The notes beneath the pieces are model-generated. The model saw only the letters and a list, made by a program, of their open reading frames with translations. It had not been told where the DNA came from and did not search any database. Positions 50,829-63,651 of a stretch of 64,000 nt of DNA are shown piece after piece (the stretch's first letter is position 1; every line of letters starts with the position of its first letter). Origin of the DNA: Monocercomonoides exilis PA203 (taxonomy: Eukaryota; Protista; Preaxostyla); assembly GCA_001643675.2 (NCBI GenBank), contig LSRY02000014.1, forward strand, positions 930,001 through 994,000, written 5' to 3'. The translations under genes were made by a program, and so were the position numbers.

Positions 50829-53336
50829 TCACAATTGTTTCCTATTTCGTCGTCTCCTGGGTCTTTTGTCGAATTCTTCAAGTAACCTTTTAAACGGCAA
50901 TCCACATTTTAATCTATTGTACGTATCCTCCATTAAATGCATGATTTCACTTGTACGTCTTATAGTGTCTCCAACATTTCTGTAAGTTTCAAGCGGATCC
51001 TGAATAAAAAAAGGTATGTTATATCTTAACGGATCTGGAGTCGAAATCTCATCAGTCCAATTTGGTACATTAGAAATGAGCATTTCATCACGAGTATTTT
51101 TTTCATGAAATACAACTTTTCTATTTTCTTGACTCCTTCCATACATAAATGATGAACGACTTTCGCTGTTGAGGTGCACACACCCAGCACGAATATTGGC
51201 CACATGCTTCGATGGCTGGAAAACGTGCGTGTAAAAATAGAAGAACTGATAAAAAAGCTCAGATAACGGCTGCGTGTTGATGTATGATTCATAAGAGTTT
51301 GCTCTTGCTGAAGAAGTTGAGGCAGAAGTTTTCAACGATGAAGCAAGTGTAGAAAATGGAGCAGTTGATAAAGACGACGATGATAGAGATAAAGATGGTG
51401 ACGGTGAAGAAGAAGAATAAGAAGAATAAGAAGAAAAAGAAGAAAAAGAAGGAGAAGAAGTGGAAGAGGAAGAAGAGAAAGTTGAACGTGATGATGATTG
51501 CATCGGAGAGGAAATTTTCTTATTACAGAAACGTGAGCTAGTTGAAGAATGCAAACTGGAAGAATCTGTGTGTGAATAAGACTCTCCACAATATTTACTA
51601 AAGGAATCCCAAAAGATATCATCATCTTCTGTGCCTTGTTCTGATTCCTCTTCTTCTGTGAAATCCTCGTCCTTGAAACTTCCCTCATAATACTCTGTCT
51701 TCTCGCAATCAAATCCAATATGCCTCCTTACATCACTTCCGTCTTTTTTCTCTTCCAAATCATGCAAAAATGGCCAACGCTCCTTGCGACTGATTTGAAC
51801 CCCTTCGGTTTTTCTGGTTCTCTCGCGAATGCTGTCAATCACTCTTTTCCGTCTTTCCAAATCCAGCCACACATTCACATCCGTACTGAAAAGCACATGC
51901 TCTCCATCTACATCGCTTTCAACCACGTTTTCATATTGCATTTGCCTTCTACTTCCAGCGCTTTTTCTTTTCTCGGTTTTCTTAGATGACACATCATCAG
52001 TTTTCTCTGGTTCTCTCCATCCAGACTCATAAAGATACGCTTTGTCCTGCAAAGACACAATCACTGGCGGACTGCATTCCATCAGAAATGTCAGCACAAG
52101 AAGCGTCCAACCAAAGCTTGACAGATATCCTTTGAAAGTTTCGCTGATGCTTCTTTTGTTCGCCCATTCCTTCACAAGAACAGACAATTGCAGCACACGT
52201 TCATCCAAAAGACAGTAAGTCCTCAGCAACGTAGAATTAAAAATTCCCAAAGCCTTGCCAATGTTAAGATCGCAATCAAACTCCTTATAGAGAGTTGAAG
52301 ACGATTCTCCTTGCGTTTTTGATTTATTTGGTACATAATGAAAAGCAGAAGATTTAGAAAATGATGATGATGATGACGACGACGACAACGATGAAGTTAG
52401 GTCAAATTGCTTTGATGACGAGTGCGATAAAGCAACTGGATTATGTTTTGAAGGCTTACTATCAAGTGACAAACTTTCCATTGCCAATTCATTTATTTCC
52501 ATCGAATCCAAATAAACTCTAAATTTCACAATCGGAACCCGAGCGTGTGGGATAAGGTTAAGAATAGAGCATCCGCATCTTTCCAAATACTTTGCAATGT
52601 CACGAACTTCGACTTCCTTTCTTGTGAAATATTCATACAATGACTCGCATGATGAATCATCATCTGATAGTTCAATAAGATCATCCCTTGTTTCATCTGA
52701 AAACTTTGAACTGTGATCAAAATTAAATTCATATTTCGGATTTGATTGTTTGTAAGGTGTGTCTTGAGAAAAAAGTCTTTTGCCTGATGCAGAAAGCTTT
52801 TCATATCCATTCTTTGGAATTGCAACAAGATCTATATCGCTAGTCAAAGTTGTAATGGAGCTTCTTGTTGAACCAAAAAGTTGGACAGAATGAAAAAATC
52901 CAGGAAAGTGGTTTTTTAACAAGCAACTAATCTTCCTTCGAACAATTTCTGCGTAATTCATCATTTGAGGATCGATCACTTTTTTAACATGTTCTTGAAC
53001 GTCTTGTTCAAAACTTTTGTTGAGAGAGGATAATGCTTCTCTTTTGATGTTGCAGTATTCCCTTGTTTTTGTTAGTTTAACATTTGACAGTTCATGAATT
53101 AAACTTTGAATTTTCTCATCTTTCTCTTTCTTTGAGACTTTTCTTCGACGTTGAATCTTTGAAGTTGCTTTATAATCATGTTTTGCACATTCTGAGCCAG
53201 TTTCTAAAACACATGCGGATTGCTCAGGGAAAGTGTAACTTTGTTTTGATTTATCAAGAAATGTTTTTGTATTAGGTAAATTTATTGCTCCTTGTCGAAA
53301 AAAATCTTTTTCCTTTTGAGTTGCGTATCTTTCCAT
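50829..53336 (-). CDS. Cid1/TUT-family terminal nucleotidyltransferase (non-canonical poly(A)/poly(U) polymerase)
   Basis: LFGS..SDIDL, HARVPIVKF, DCDLN..GIFNSTLLRTY, LVKEWA..GYLSSFGWTLLVLTFL, LSELFYQFFYFY, IQDPLETYRNVG. An extra upstream exon is possible. Confidence 0.92.
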   Translation of the reverse strand: MERYATQKEKDFFRQGAINLPNTKTFLDKSKQSYTFPEQSACVLETGSECAKHDYKATSKIQRRRKVSKKEKDEKIQSLIHELSNVKLTKTREYCNIKREALSSLNKSFEQDVQEHVKKVIDPQMMNYAEIVRRKISCLLKNHFPGFFHSVQLFGSTRSSITTLTSDIDLVAIPKNGYEKLSASGKRLFSQDTPYKQSNPKYEFNFDHSSKFSDETRDDLIELSDDDSSCESLYEYFTRKEVEVRDIAKYLERCGCSILNLIPHARVPIVKFRVYLDSMEINELAMESLSLDSKPSKHNPVALSHSSSKQFDLTSSLSSSSSSSSFSKSSAFHYVPNKSKTQGESSSTLYKEFDCDLNIGKALGIFNSTLLRTYCLLDERVLQLSVLVKEWANKRSISETFKGYLSSFGWTLLVLTFLMECSPPVIVSLQDKAYLYESGWREPEKTDDVSSKKTEKRKSAGSRRQMQYENVVESDVDGEHVLFSTDVNVWLDLERRKRVIDSIRERTRKTEGVQISRKERWPFLHDLEEKKDGSDVRRHIGFDCEKTEYYEGSFKDEDFTEEEESEQGTEDDDIFWDSFSKYCGESYSHTDSSSLHSSTSSRFCNKKISSPMQSSSRSTFSSSSSTSSPSFSSFSSYSSYSSSSPSPSLSLSSSSLSTAPFSTLASSLKTSASTSSARANSYESYINTQPLSELFYQFFYFYTHVFQPSKHVANIRAGCVHLNSESRSSFMYGRSQENRKVVFHEKNTRDEMLISNVPNWTDEISTPDPLRYNIPFFIQDPLETYRNVGDTIRRTSEIMHLMEDTYNRLKCGLPFKRLLEEFDKRPRRRRNRKQL

Positions 53337-54591
53337 CTGTAAACAAATAACAATATTGTATTAAACAATTTTTTTCACTGAATAATTTCACCCATATTTA
53401 TTTTATTCATGTCTCAAACTCAAATGGTATTTGTTTTGTTGTTTTTGTCGTTTTCATGTAGTTTTAATAATTATTAGAAGGAAAATTGGAAAAAGTAAAC
53501 TGAGAGGGCCAGTTTTCTCATCCTGCTTTAAATTAAAAACACCAATTATTAATCATAATTGAAAAAGATTCAAAGAAATTTTCAATTTTGCTCAAGTTAA
53601 ATATTCTGATATTATTTCATAAAAGATGTTGATAATAAAAAACGTTGATTTATAGAGAATATTTTTCTTTTGTTTTGAAGTGCTTCTATTAATTATTTTG
53701 TATTGTACTCATTGACCCTTTTCTCATTTTGAAAATTGAAAACGCATATTTTTTGGAGTTTTTTAATTCGACTAATAATTGTTGAACATTTCGTTTTTAA
53801 TAAATGAGATTGATTCCTCATTTTTTTAAATGAATAACAAGATAAAAAACATTTTTATCTTTTCCATTTTTTTAGTAAAATAACTCATTATCTCCTGTTC
53901 GCATGTGTAGGTTTTTTTTGACATAATTCCAATTTTTGAAATTGCACTCAACCAAACACAAAAAATAACATCAAAAAGTTATTGCATGTTCGAACTTATC
54001 AAATTTCTCAAATCATTCAACAATAGATAAACATCTGAGATAATTCTGAATTTGACAAAAAAATACGAAAAATTGGAAAATAATTGAATTTTGCTACATA
54101 TATTTTTCCTATTCTATTTCAAATAAAAATTATCGATGTTGAATTAAAGTTTTTCAATTTTGATTTGGACTTTTTCGATGTTGAAAAATTTTTGGTGTGT
54201 AAAAATATAATCGAATCGGACAAAAATTTTCAATCAGAAATCAATTGACATTTTCCAAATTTGCCAACAAAATAATAAAACGAACAAAACCATCAGTTGC
54301 TCATTTTTCCTCAAACAACTGTTTCCAACATTTCGTTTTCAAATAAAGGCAACAATCATCCCTTGAGTTGTGAGCAACTGATCGTGATCATCAAATCACT
54401 TCCATCCCAAATAAAACAAACTCCTCTTCTCAACAAATTATTAATATCCACTTATTCTTTGAAAAGAAAAACAACCACCAAATAACAGAACGCACTCACA
54501 AACATTCCCAATGATTATTTGATACAAAATATATCACATTATTCTTTGATCTCTTTCTCATTTGTTTCGCACGATTCTGATTTATGCCTCT

Positions 54592-57500
54592 TCACCGCTC
54601 TTTCATCTCCTGCTTTTCTGTCTTCTTTGTTGTCTCTGATGTGTTCTCAAAAACTGTCGAATAGCCTTCTTCCCCACTCACAAAGCTGCCTTCCCTCTCT
54701 CTCGTGCTCTCCCCATCCCTTTCACAGATCGCATCCGACATCGTCACAATCACAGCCCCTGCCGGGAAATGCCCATAAAACTCCCGCTTCATCTCGTTCA
54801 GTGTCGGACGATCATTCCAGTCCTTTCCCATCGATGACCAAACAACCTCATAGAGCTCACTCCCTCGGATCTTCTCAACATTCGGCCTCTCCCCATTCAC
54901 AATCTTCTGCCCCGCCACCTCTGCCTCGTATTCACCAAACGGAATCTCCAGCGTCAGACACTCCCAAAGCATCATTCCTATCGAGAATGCCACTGACTCC
55001 TTTGTTGCTCCCATCTTCTTGTTGATCAACAATTCTGGTGCCTTCCACCTCAAGCACTCTTTTTTGAAATCATTCTCTTCTTCAAACGCTGATGAAGGCA
55101 GAGAGTCATCATCATCATCATCATCATCATCACTTGCAGATGTCACAACTGTTGTTGATGAGATCGATGATGAATCTGAGTCTGAAGATGAGAAGTCTGA
55201 ATGCATCACAATGCAGATCACCATGTGCTCTGAGAACAGCACAATGTGCGGACTTAGATTGGCAAGAGAAGATAATTCATTTTCCATTTCGTCAAAGGAA
55301 TGGAGCGCCAGATTCGCCACCCAGAATAGGATCTGTGCAGCTGTCTGCTCTCTTTCCTGAAGACTCCCAATCGCCATTTCCTTCTTCTCATTCCTTCCAT
55401 GAAGCAGCATGAACAGTGAATCCCTCAGATCCACAATCAGCTTTTCATGAGGAGAAGAACAGGCCATTGCATCCACAAGATTCGACATCGATGAGGTGGT
55501 TGGACACAAATCCTCCCCACGAACAAAAGTGGAATCTGAATCAGTTGTTGAAGTGGTTGAAGTGGATGAAATGGATGGAGATGGTGTTCTTTTTCTTGTC
55601 TCTTCTTCTTTTTCATCAACCTTCTCCAATGCCCATTCTGGGATCTTGTCTGAATCTCTTCCAAGGATATATTCAGTTGATCCACTCTCAGATAGAAGAT
55701 GTTCTGATGACTCCGAGTGTCCCAAACTTTTCTCATTCACCCTCTTCTTGATCCTTTCTTCATTCTTCTTCTCAGCCTCCCTTTCGGCTCTCCTCCACTG
55801 CTCCTCAGGCGACATCTCCATCGTCACCATCTCAAACGCCTTCGGATCTTTTCTGATGTTGTCATTCACAATCTCTCTCAGATCTTCTGCTTCATTCTTC
55901 ACCTTCTTCCACCGAATGGCCAGAATGATGGAAACAATAAGAACAATCAACAATATGAAACCCATTATTATCACGATCAACAACCAATAAGATTTTCCCT
56001 CTTTCCCTCCTTCAACAATTCTGTCATCTCCCTTTCCTTGAGTTTCACTTTTGTTCTTCAGGATAAACGAATCAGTCGATGAAGGTGAGTCAATCTTTCC
56101 AAACAGAAGACTCACACTCACTTCTGTCTCTGCTCCCACTGCTGCCATCTGAACCGATGAAACAACTGCAACAATTTCATTCTCTGACACACTTTCCTTT
56201 TCACCAATCCCATAGCTCTCAACCACCTCTTCCCTTCCATTCCTGAAGCACAACTTCAACGAAACATTACAGGGGAGAAGAAGTCTCCCAATCAAAGTGA
56301 TGATTGTTCTTCCCTCAGATGCCGTCTCATTCCTCGCCTCTTCCACGACCGGGATGAACAGAGATGATGCTCTCTCAGAAATAATTCCTCCCAATTCGCA
56401 TCCTTCATCCAGAACCCACAGTGATGTGTTTCTTTCCCATCCATCTCCACCTTTCAAACTCATCATATTTAATACTCCTGAATCTGAACAGAGAATGTTC
56501 CTCCTGGCTGATGGGTATCCTTCAATTGATGGGTTGTTGTTTGTGAAATTCTCTGCATCAATCTCCACACTTCCTCCCAAAATAGAAAGACCTCCATCAG
56601 AGCAGTTCACAAAACTCGTATCCCCTATCACTCCTGAACTCTCCTTCACCTCAACAACTGATCCATTCCATTTGCACACATCCACTTCTTCATTCGATTG
56701 ATTTTCATTTGTTTCACCATCAAACAAGCATTGCCTCATCAGAATATTTCTGCACATCAAAAGAGATATCATCTTCCCTTTCTTTCTTTTTGATGTGCAC
56801 CCACCAAATGAACAGTTCGAAAACTCTACATTTCCTTCCATTTTCTCAACATCAACCACCCCTGCACCCTCATCCACACATGTGATGTTCTCAAATGAAG
56901 ATGACAGAATTGAAAATGAAAATTCACTATTCTCTCTGTTCTTCATTTCTGCTTCATCGCCATTCGCCCTTCCCATCCATCCTTTTTCCATTCTCGAATT
57001 CCCAGCTTCACTGATCTTCAAACAGTCTTTGTTTGCTTCAATATTTCTTAATATTAACCCACTCACTTCAGTATCCTCTTCCATAATCATGGCTGCTTCA
57101 CTCAAAAATGAAAGCCACGAAACACTCACATTCCCCATTGAGCATTTCCCTCTTTCCACAAAAATCAAACAGAATGGTACTTCCACAATTTCCCTCTCAG
57201 CCAAGCTCACTCCCTCAAATGAACACATGCTGATCGATGTCTTTCCCGAACTTATCTTCATGAATGATGAATGCGTTGTTGGAAGTGGAGTTGGCGTTGA
57301 TTCCACTTCTTCAAATGCGAATTGAATCCATCGCAAATACACCTGCCCGGTTGTTTCCACAATCATCTCTTTGCTGCAATTCATCCTCCCTTTCACAACC
57401 ACTCGACTCTGCACTTCATGCATCCCACTCAGTGTGAGTGTGTCCAGTCCAATTTCCTCATCAATCGCTGACTCCTCGTCAACAAACATCTGGCTGAAGA

Positions 57501-60500
57501 AATCGTATGTCAGATGTCTCAGCCCAAACCCAATCGTTGCACATGGAAGTGAAGGCTTCCCACACTGCTGCTCATTGCTTCCCCCTTTCCCTTCTTTGCT
57601 CGACACCACAATCGTGTCTGACTGGTATTTCACAATAAGACTCATGAGATCAATTGCCTCCTCCTTGTGCTCTCCCGCATCCATCCCATAGATCGCATTC
57701 TGCCTGATGAACTCCACATCACGGAAGTCGATGTTGAACTGTGTTTCGTTGATCTGCCTCTCGATGCAGTCGCACACAATGAACACATCATTCCCAATGC
57801 TTGCTATGTTCCTTCGGAATGTCACCCCATCAAACACATAATCCAGCTCACCCTTCAATTCAGTCTTCAGATACACCCCGCCTCCTTTCCCTTCGCTCAC
57901 AGAGCATCCACACTGCTTCACACTCGTGTTTACAACATCGAACAATCCTCCTTCATTCAACTCAAACAGCATCGCCCCTCCCTTTGTGCTTCTCCCACAA
58001 CTGCACCCTTCAATCAGCGAATCTTCAACAACAAGCTTCACTCCACTTCCACTCTTGCTCAAAACAACACAAGGATCAGCTCCTTCTCCTTCAACTGAAC
58101 CAATACTGCAGTTCTTCATCCTTATCTCACCTCCTCCATTTGCTCCATCTCCTTCAATTTCAAACAAACTCCCTCTCTCCAATTTCGCTTCAATCACTGT
58201 GAATTCATCAATCACGCTCACAACTTCTCCACCAACCACAAATGCACTTCTCTTCCCAAAATACGAAAGCACTTTGAACCTCCTTATCTCAAATTCTCCT
58301 TTCTTCACAACACAAAATGCAACATCTCCCAATCCTTCTTTCTTTCCCTTCCATGAGATTGAACAATCTTCCCATTCAACTTTCCCTCCCTCACTCACAA
58401 TCATCCCCGATTCCCCACTTTCCAAAACATTCATCACACACATCTCCAGTGCCCTCAGAGTAACTGCTCCACTGTTGCAAAGACACACATTTGCTCCACT
58501 TTCTCCTTCACTCCCCAACACAACTGTTCCATATTCCATCTCATCAAATTCTGCTCCCACTGATTCCACTTCAATCCCACTCAGATCATATTCCCCTTCC
58601 GCTCTTATCTTTTCCTTCACTCTCACAACTTTTCTCTCTCCTCCTCTCTCAACGTGCTTCAATCCCATCTCCAATGTCTCACACGGATCCTCTTCACTTC
58701 CACATCGAACAACATCATCTCCCTTTTCCCACACAGCAATCCTCTCACTTTTGTATTCAATCACAAATCGCAACAGATCCGTGTTTGTCCGCTTCTCATC
58801 ACTTCCAACAAACAGATTCGGATCGTCCTCCATCCCTTCAACATCAATCGCAAATGTCTCACTCCTCACTGTCACATTCAGATCTGAATCCAAAATGTAC
58901 ATGTTCTTCCCCACAAATGCCTCATTCCCAGCAAACTTCACTCCCTCAAACTTGAATGGCGTTCCTCCCCTCCTTTCACTGCAATTCACATATATCCATC
59001 CTCCTTTCCCACCGCTCACCTTCTCTGTCAAACACCTCTCCATCATCCCTTCTTTCACATGAATCATCCCTGAGTCAAGGATATTCACCCTCACTGCCCC
59101 ACCACTCATGCTCTCTCCTCCTGTGATGTCACTCATGTTGCTCTGTTCTATCTTCATCACCCTCTTCACCTCTGCACATATCACAGCTGATTCATCTGCA
59201 CCAACAACTGATAGGCTCCCAAACGAGCAGTTGCTGATGCTCACTGATTCTCCCTCTGCTCCATTTTGTTCCATCCCAAGAAGAGCAAAATCCATCAGAC
59301 ACCTTTTTGTCCTGATGTTATTTATTGATATCCACTTCATCCTCACAGCTTGTCCACTGCTTCTGATGATTCGATATTCAATCGCCTCTTCTTCCCCTTC
59401 CAGCATCAAAAACGAACACAATTCCATCTCCAAAACACCACTTCCTGTTGATGAGCTTATCACCACATCCTTCCTCTGTTCAAATAATCCAGGCAATTCA
59501 AACCCAACATTCACAAACACACTCAATCCCTTCGAATCAAAAACACTTTCCCCTTCTCCTTCAATTCCTTTCTCCACAACCACCTTCATTCTCGTGTTGT
59601 CTTTCCCTTCAATTCGAACTCCACTCACATCTCCCACCTTCTCAACACTCGTGCTCCCACTTATCACTATTTTCTTATCTCCTTCTCCACCAAGCCTCCC
59701 AATGCCATAATCCACACTCCTGCACGGACATTTCTCCATCCCACACCACATTCCATTGTCCCCATTCTCACTCTCCACCTCAATCACAGATGAGCTGAAT
59801 CCATCAATGAATATGAACAGATCAACCTCACTCACAAACTTCTGCCCATCCTTCCCTATCAGCGAATTCTCTCTATCAGTAATCCCTCCACTGAATGAGA
59901 AACTGCTTCCATTCACAACCCTCCTCAAATCATCACACACAATAAACACATCTTTCCCACTCCTTGCTCTGTTCTCTTCAAACCTTACTCCTCTCACATC
60001 AAACTCATATCTCTCTCCTTCAATCCCCACCCACAACCCTCCTCCACACCCTCCTCCATTCATTGTCCCTTCCAGTCCAGCCGAACACTTCTTCATCAGC
60101 GTCACTTCTGTTTCGCTCCTGATCTTCAGTTGTGCATCACCTTTCAATTCCACTCTCATCCCTCCTCCATTCCCTTTTTCTACCACACATCCTTCAATAC
60201 TCGTGTTCCACACATCTATTTCACCACCTTCCCCAACCACTCCACACATCATCCCTCCATCTCCTTCACTGACTTTGATATTGCTCCCATTGCATCCCCA
60301 GATAGATATCTCCTTCGCTTCACTGCCTCTTATCACCCCTGAATCAACAAAATTACATGAACTCCACGAGCACTCCCTCATTCGAACAATACAACTGCTC
60401 CCTGCCCAAATCATACTGCTTCCTCCCGTTTCGCATCCACTGACAATCACACTTTCTGCTGTGAACGTGCTTCCTCCCTCACAAACAACAAATCCCATTT

Positions 60501-63500
60501 CTCCTTCAAAGGTCATATCATTCAGCTCCACATTCTTCAACAAGACAGATGACCATCCCCCATTCACTCTTATCACAGGCTTTCCAAATCTCATTGATGC
60601 CAGTCTCAGTGAAGTAACATTTGCTTCTCCCTTTTCCACAACCAGCAAGCTATATCCAACATAACTCTCTCCAACTCCAAATCCAACAACACATTCACTC
60701 AAGTTCAGTATTTCTCCTTTCAACTGGAATATCGCCTCATGATGCTCAAGAACAGATGGCATCACCAGCTCGATCTTCCTCATTCTTGTTTCCTTCAGCG
60801 CCACAAATACTCCAACGCATCCTTCCTCATCTCCTTTGCATGCTGCCTCTCCTTTAACAACAAGTGATCCATCATCCCCTGTTCCTTCAATCACTCTTGA
60901 GGTTTTCGAAAAGACAACTGTCGAACCAACCTTAACTCCATTTCCAATTTTGATTGTTGTTGTTGTTGCTCCATCTGCTGGTGTGTTCTCTTCCCTCTCA
61001 ATCGGACAGTTCAGTGTACGGCACTCGAAAAATGTGTGTCCACACCGAGGATGATCTACTCCTGAATATGAAACATAGATCTCACTCCTCTAAACATCCA
61101 AGAGATAGCACACAATCGGAATCACCAGTGTTACATTGTTTGTGTCTCCCACTCCCTCCACTTCGTGCACATCCTCGCTCAAAAGCGAAACAAATCCAAA
61201 TCTCCCTTTCGGAATTAACTCCAGCTGATTCGAAGCAATAAGCACATTCACTCCATGAACAGCTTGATTGTTTTCAAATACCACATTCACAATCTCAAAC
61301 ACAACTGAAGGAGAAGACAACTCCAAATACACCCCTCCTCCTCTTCCCTTCTCCTCCCCACTTCCCTTCTCTGCCCCACACTCCCCAATCACCGTTGCCA
61401 CCTCTCCTCTGCCAATCTTAAATGTTCCACTTTCATCGACTCTCCAAGCAATACTTCCTCCATTCCCCTCCTCACACACACAGTTTCTGAATGTGGTGTT
61501 CTCCAGCTCCCATGAATTGCTTCTCTCGCTTAGAGTGCTGAATATCATCCCATCTCCTCTCATCCGACAGATCCTTTGGATCGTCACATTTCCCAGCATC
61601 TCTCTCCCAACTCCACTTTCCTCCTCTTCCTCAAACAATGTGCAATCTCCCAGTCCAATATCCTCAATCAAACTGTTTTCCATCTTCGTTTTCTCAAATA
61701 TCACTTTGAACGGTGAAGCATCAAATGAGTGTGTCTGCCCATCTTCTGCCCCTGATATAATCACATTTTTCAGTGTCAGTTTCTGTGCTGCAGTTCTCAT
61801 CGCAAACAATGAAGACGATGATTCCACACTGTTGTGTCGAATCGTCACCAAAGACAATCCCATCGATCCCGAATCCAATGTGAACAAACACTCATGGGAA
61901 TTCAATAATTCTGTGGAAATGACACACTCGCTCTCGCTTTCGCCTTTGAATGAAATATCTCCCCCTCCAATGAACAGGGCCATTGAAGAATAGGTCGATC
62001 GAAGAATATTCACTGTTCCCTCTGCTCCTTTCTCAATCATGTTGAATGCCTGCTCAATCGTGTTGCATGGGCTGGCCTGTGTTGTTCCACAGACTGGTCC
62101 TGCAATTCCATCTGAACTGGCATATGTTGTTTTGATTGTTGGAAGCCATATATCGTAATCTGTTTGGCTTCCGTTGTAATACACTCTTTTTGCTGATGTT
62201 GTTGAGAACGATGACTCAAATGGAGAACAATTGAGAAGCAAGAAGATTATCTTAATATCATTGCCTTCTCCACATGTAGCTATATTCTTGGTGAATAAAC
62301 AAAATGATATAAAATTTGGAAATGGATTATTTTCAATCCAATCCAATGTTCTCAAAAGGATTCCTCCACCTCCACTTTCAACAACCTGCTCAATAGTTCC
62401 ATTTGCAACATTTCCATCAAATTGACACTCAGTGATTGCGCAAGGATTTGATAACCCCTGCAAGTATATCCCTCCGCCATAAATAGCAGCTTCATTTTCA
62501 ATAAATTTGCATTTTTCAATTATTTCATTCAAACTTCCAGATAGCTGATAAATATATAATCCTCCACCAATATTTGAAGCAATGCATTTACAAAAGACAC
62601 ACTCAGAAATGAAATAGTCTCCATTTAACTCATATATAAGCAACCCTCCTGCATTACCATTTGATATGCAATTTGAAAAATTGCATTCTGATATTTTCGC
62701 TCCAGCTGAATAATAAATATCAACAGCCCCATCACCTAAATGACTCATATTGATAAAAGTACATTTTTTGCACTCAAGAGTTGAATTTCCATACAAAAAA
62801 ATAGCACTTCCACGTAATTCATCATAAATGTTATTCCATTCACAATCAGTGAAAGAATGTGTTTCATTAGCTCCCAGTTCCTGCCTTGTCATGTTGCGTC
62901 CTCCTGATTCATTAACATTCGTCGTTCGAAAGCAGCACTCAAATGAGGAGTTTCTTGCTCTCAACGATGCACATGGACTGTTCACCGACCTTGCTATGCC
63001 CCCATCAAACACATCCCAAACTCTGAAAAAAGAGCAGCCCTCAATCATTGTTTCTGTTCTTGCTCTCAAATTCATTTCTCTTTGTGCATCGGAAGCAACA
63101 GAAATGTTCGCCATCATCAAATGAGATGCTTTCACATTGCAACTAACATTCGGCGCTAAAAATGGTACTGACATCAGTTCATATGATGAAAACAAAGAAT
63201 CGGAAAGGATGATTTCTCCAATTCTATTTTTTAAGTTCTTTGGCAAGGACGAGCAAAAAAGTCTGGGAATATGAGCAAATGGCTTGAATGTGAAGATAGA
63301 AAGATTCGCAGAATGGATGCTTCCTTCATCAAGAGCAAATGGGCTATTTTTGGATGAAAATGAAATTGTATATTCTTTGATGTTTAATTTTCCTCCCTTG
63401 CAAACAAAAAAACATGATTTTCTTTCGGAATGCCACTGCATAATATTTGAGGCGCTCAGAGATGAATTTATCACTTGAAGAGTCGAGAGAATTGAACAAC

Positions 63501-63651
63501 GTTGAAGAATTTGCTGCGCTCTGAAATTATTGTTGAACTGTTGTAATTGCAGCATAACTGTTGCATCCAATTGGTTTATTTCTTTGCCAAATGCTTCTTT
63601 TGAGCTAAAAATGGCAAAGCAGCTTGCAACAATCACAAATAACAGATTCAT
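54592..63651 (-). CDS. Giant single-pass receptor: signal peptide, beta-helix/PMP-like ectodomain, TM helix, degenerate kinase domain; interrupted by one in-frame TAG (61090-61092)
   Basis: ORFs 61090-63651 and 54592-60894 share a frame with 65 open codons between them. Signal peptide MNLLFVIVASCFAIFS; repeated GGG(L/I/V)Y..F..N.A..G.D and CG...PC.T modules; TM YWLLIVIIMGFILLIVLIVSIILAI followed by RWKK; kinase C-lobe RWKAPELL..FSIGMMLWECLTLEIPF. Intronless. Confidence 0.85.

Noticed and set aside
54297-63478. Numerous + strand ORFs (up to 378 aa) opposite the receptor; similar ones lie opposite the GSAP-like gene and ULK4
   Set aside because: Antisense shadows of biased codon usage (Ser/Pro/Thr/Phe-rich) with no motifs.
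26-63651. Alternative genetic code (TAA/TAG=Gln as in some oxymonads, or TGA recoded) to explain the in-frame stops
   Set aside because: Conserved genes end at the expected places with TAA (rps9), TAG (rpl29) and TGA (DPAGT1). Internal stops are confined to mobile-element sequence and one receptor.
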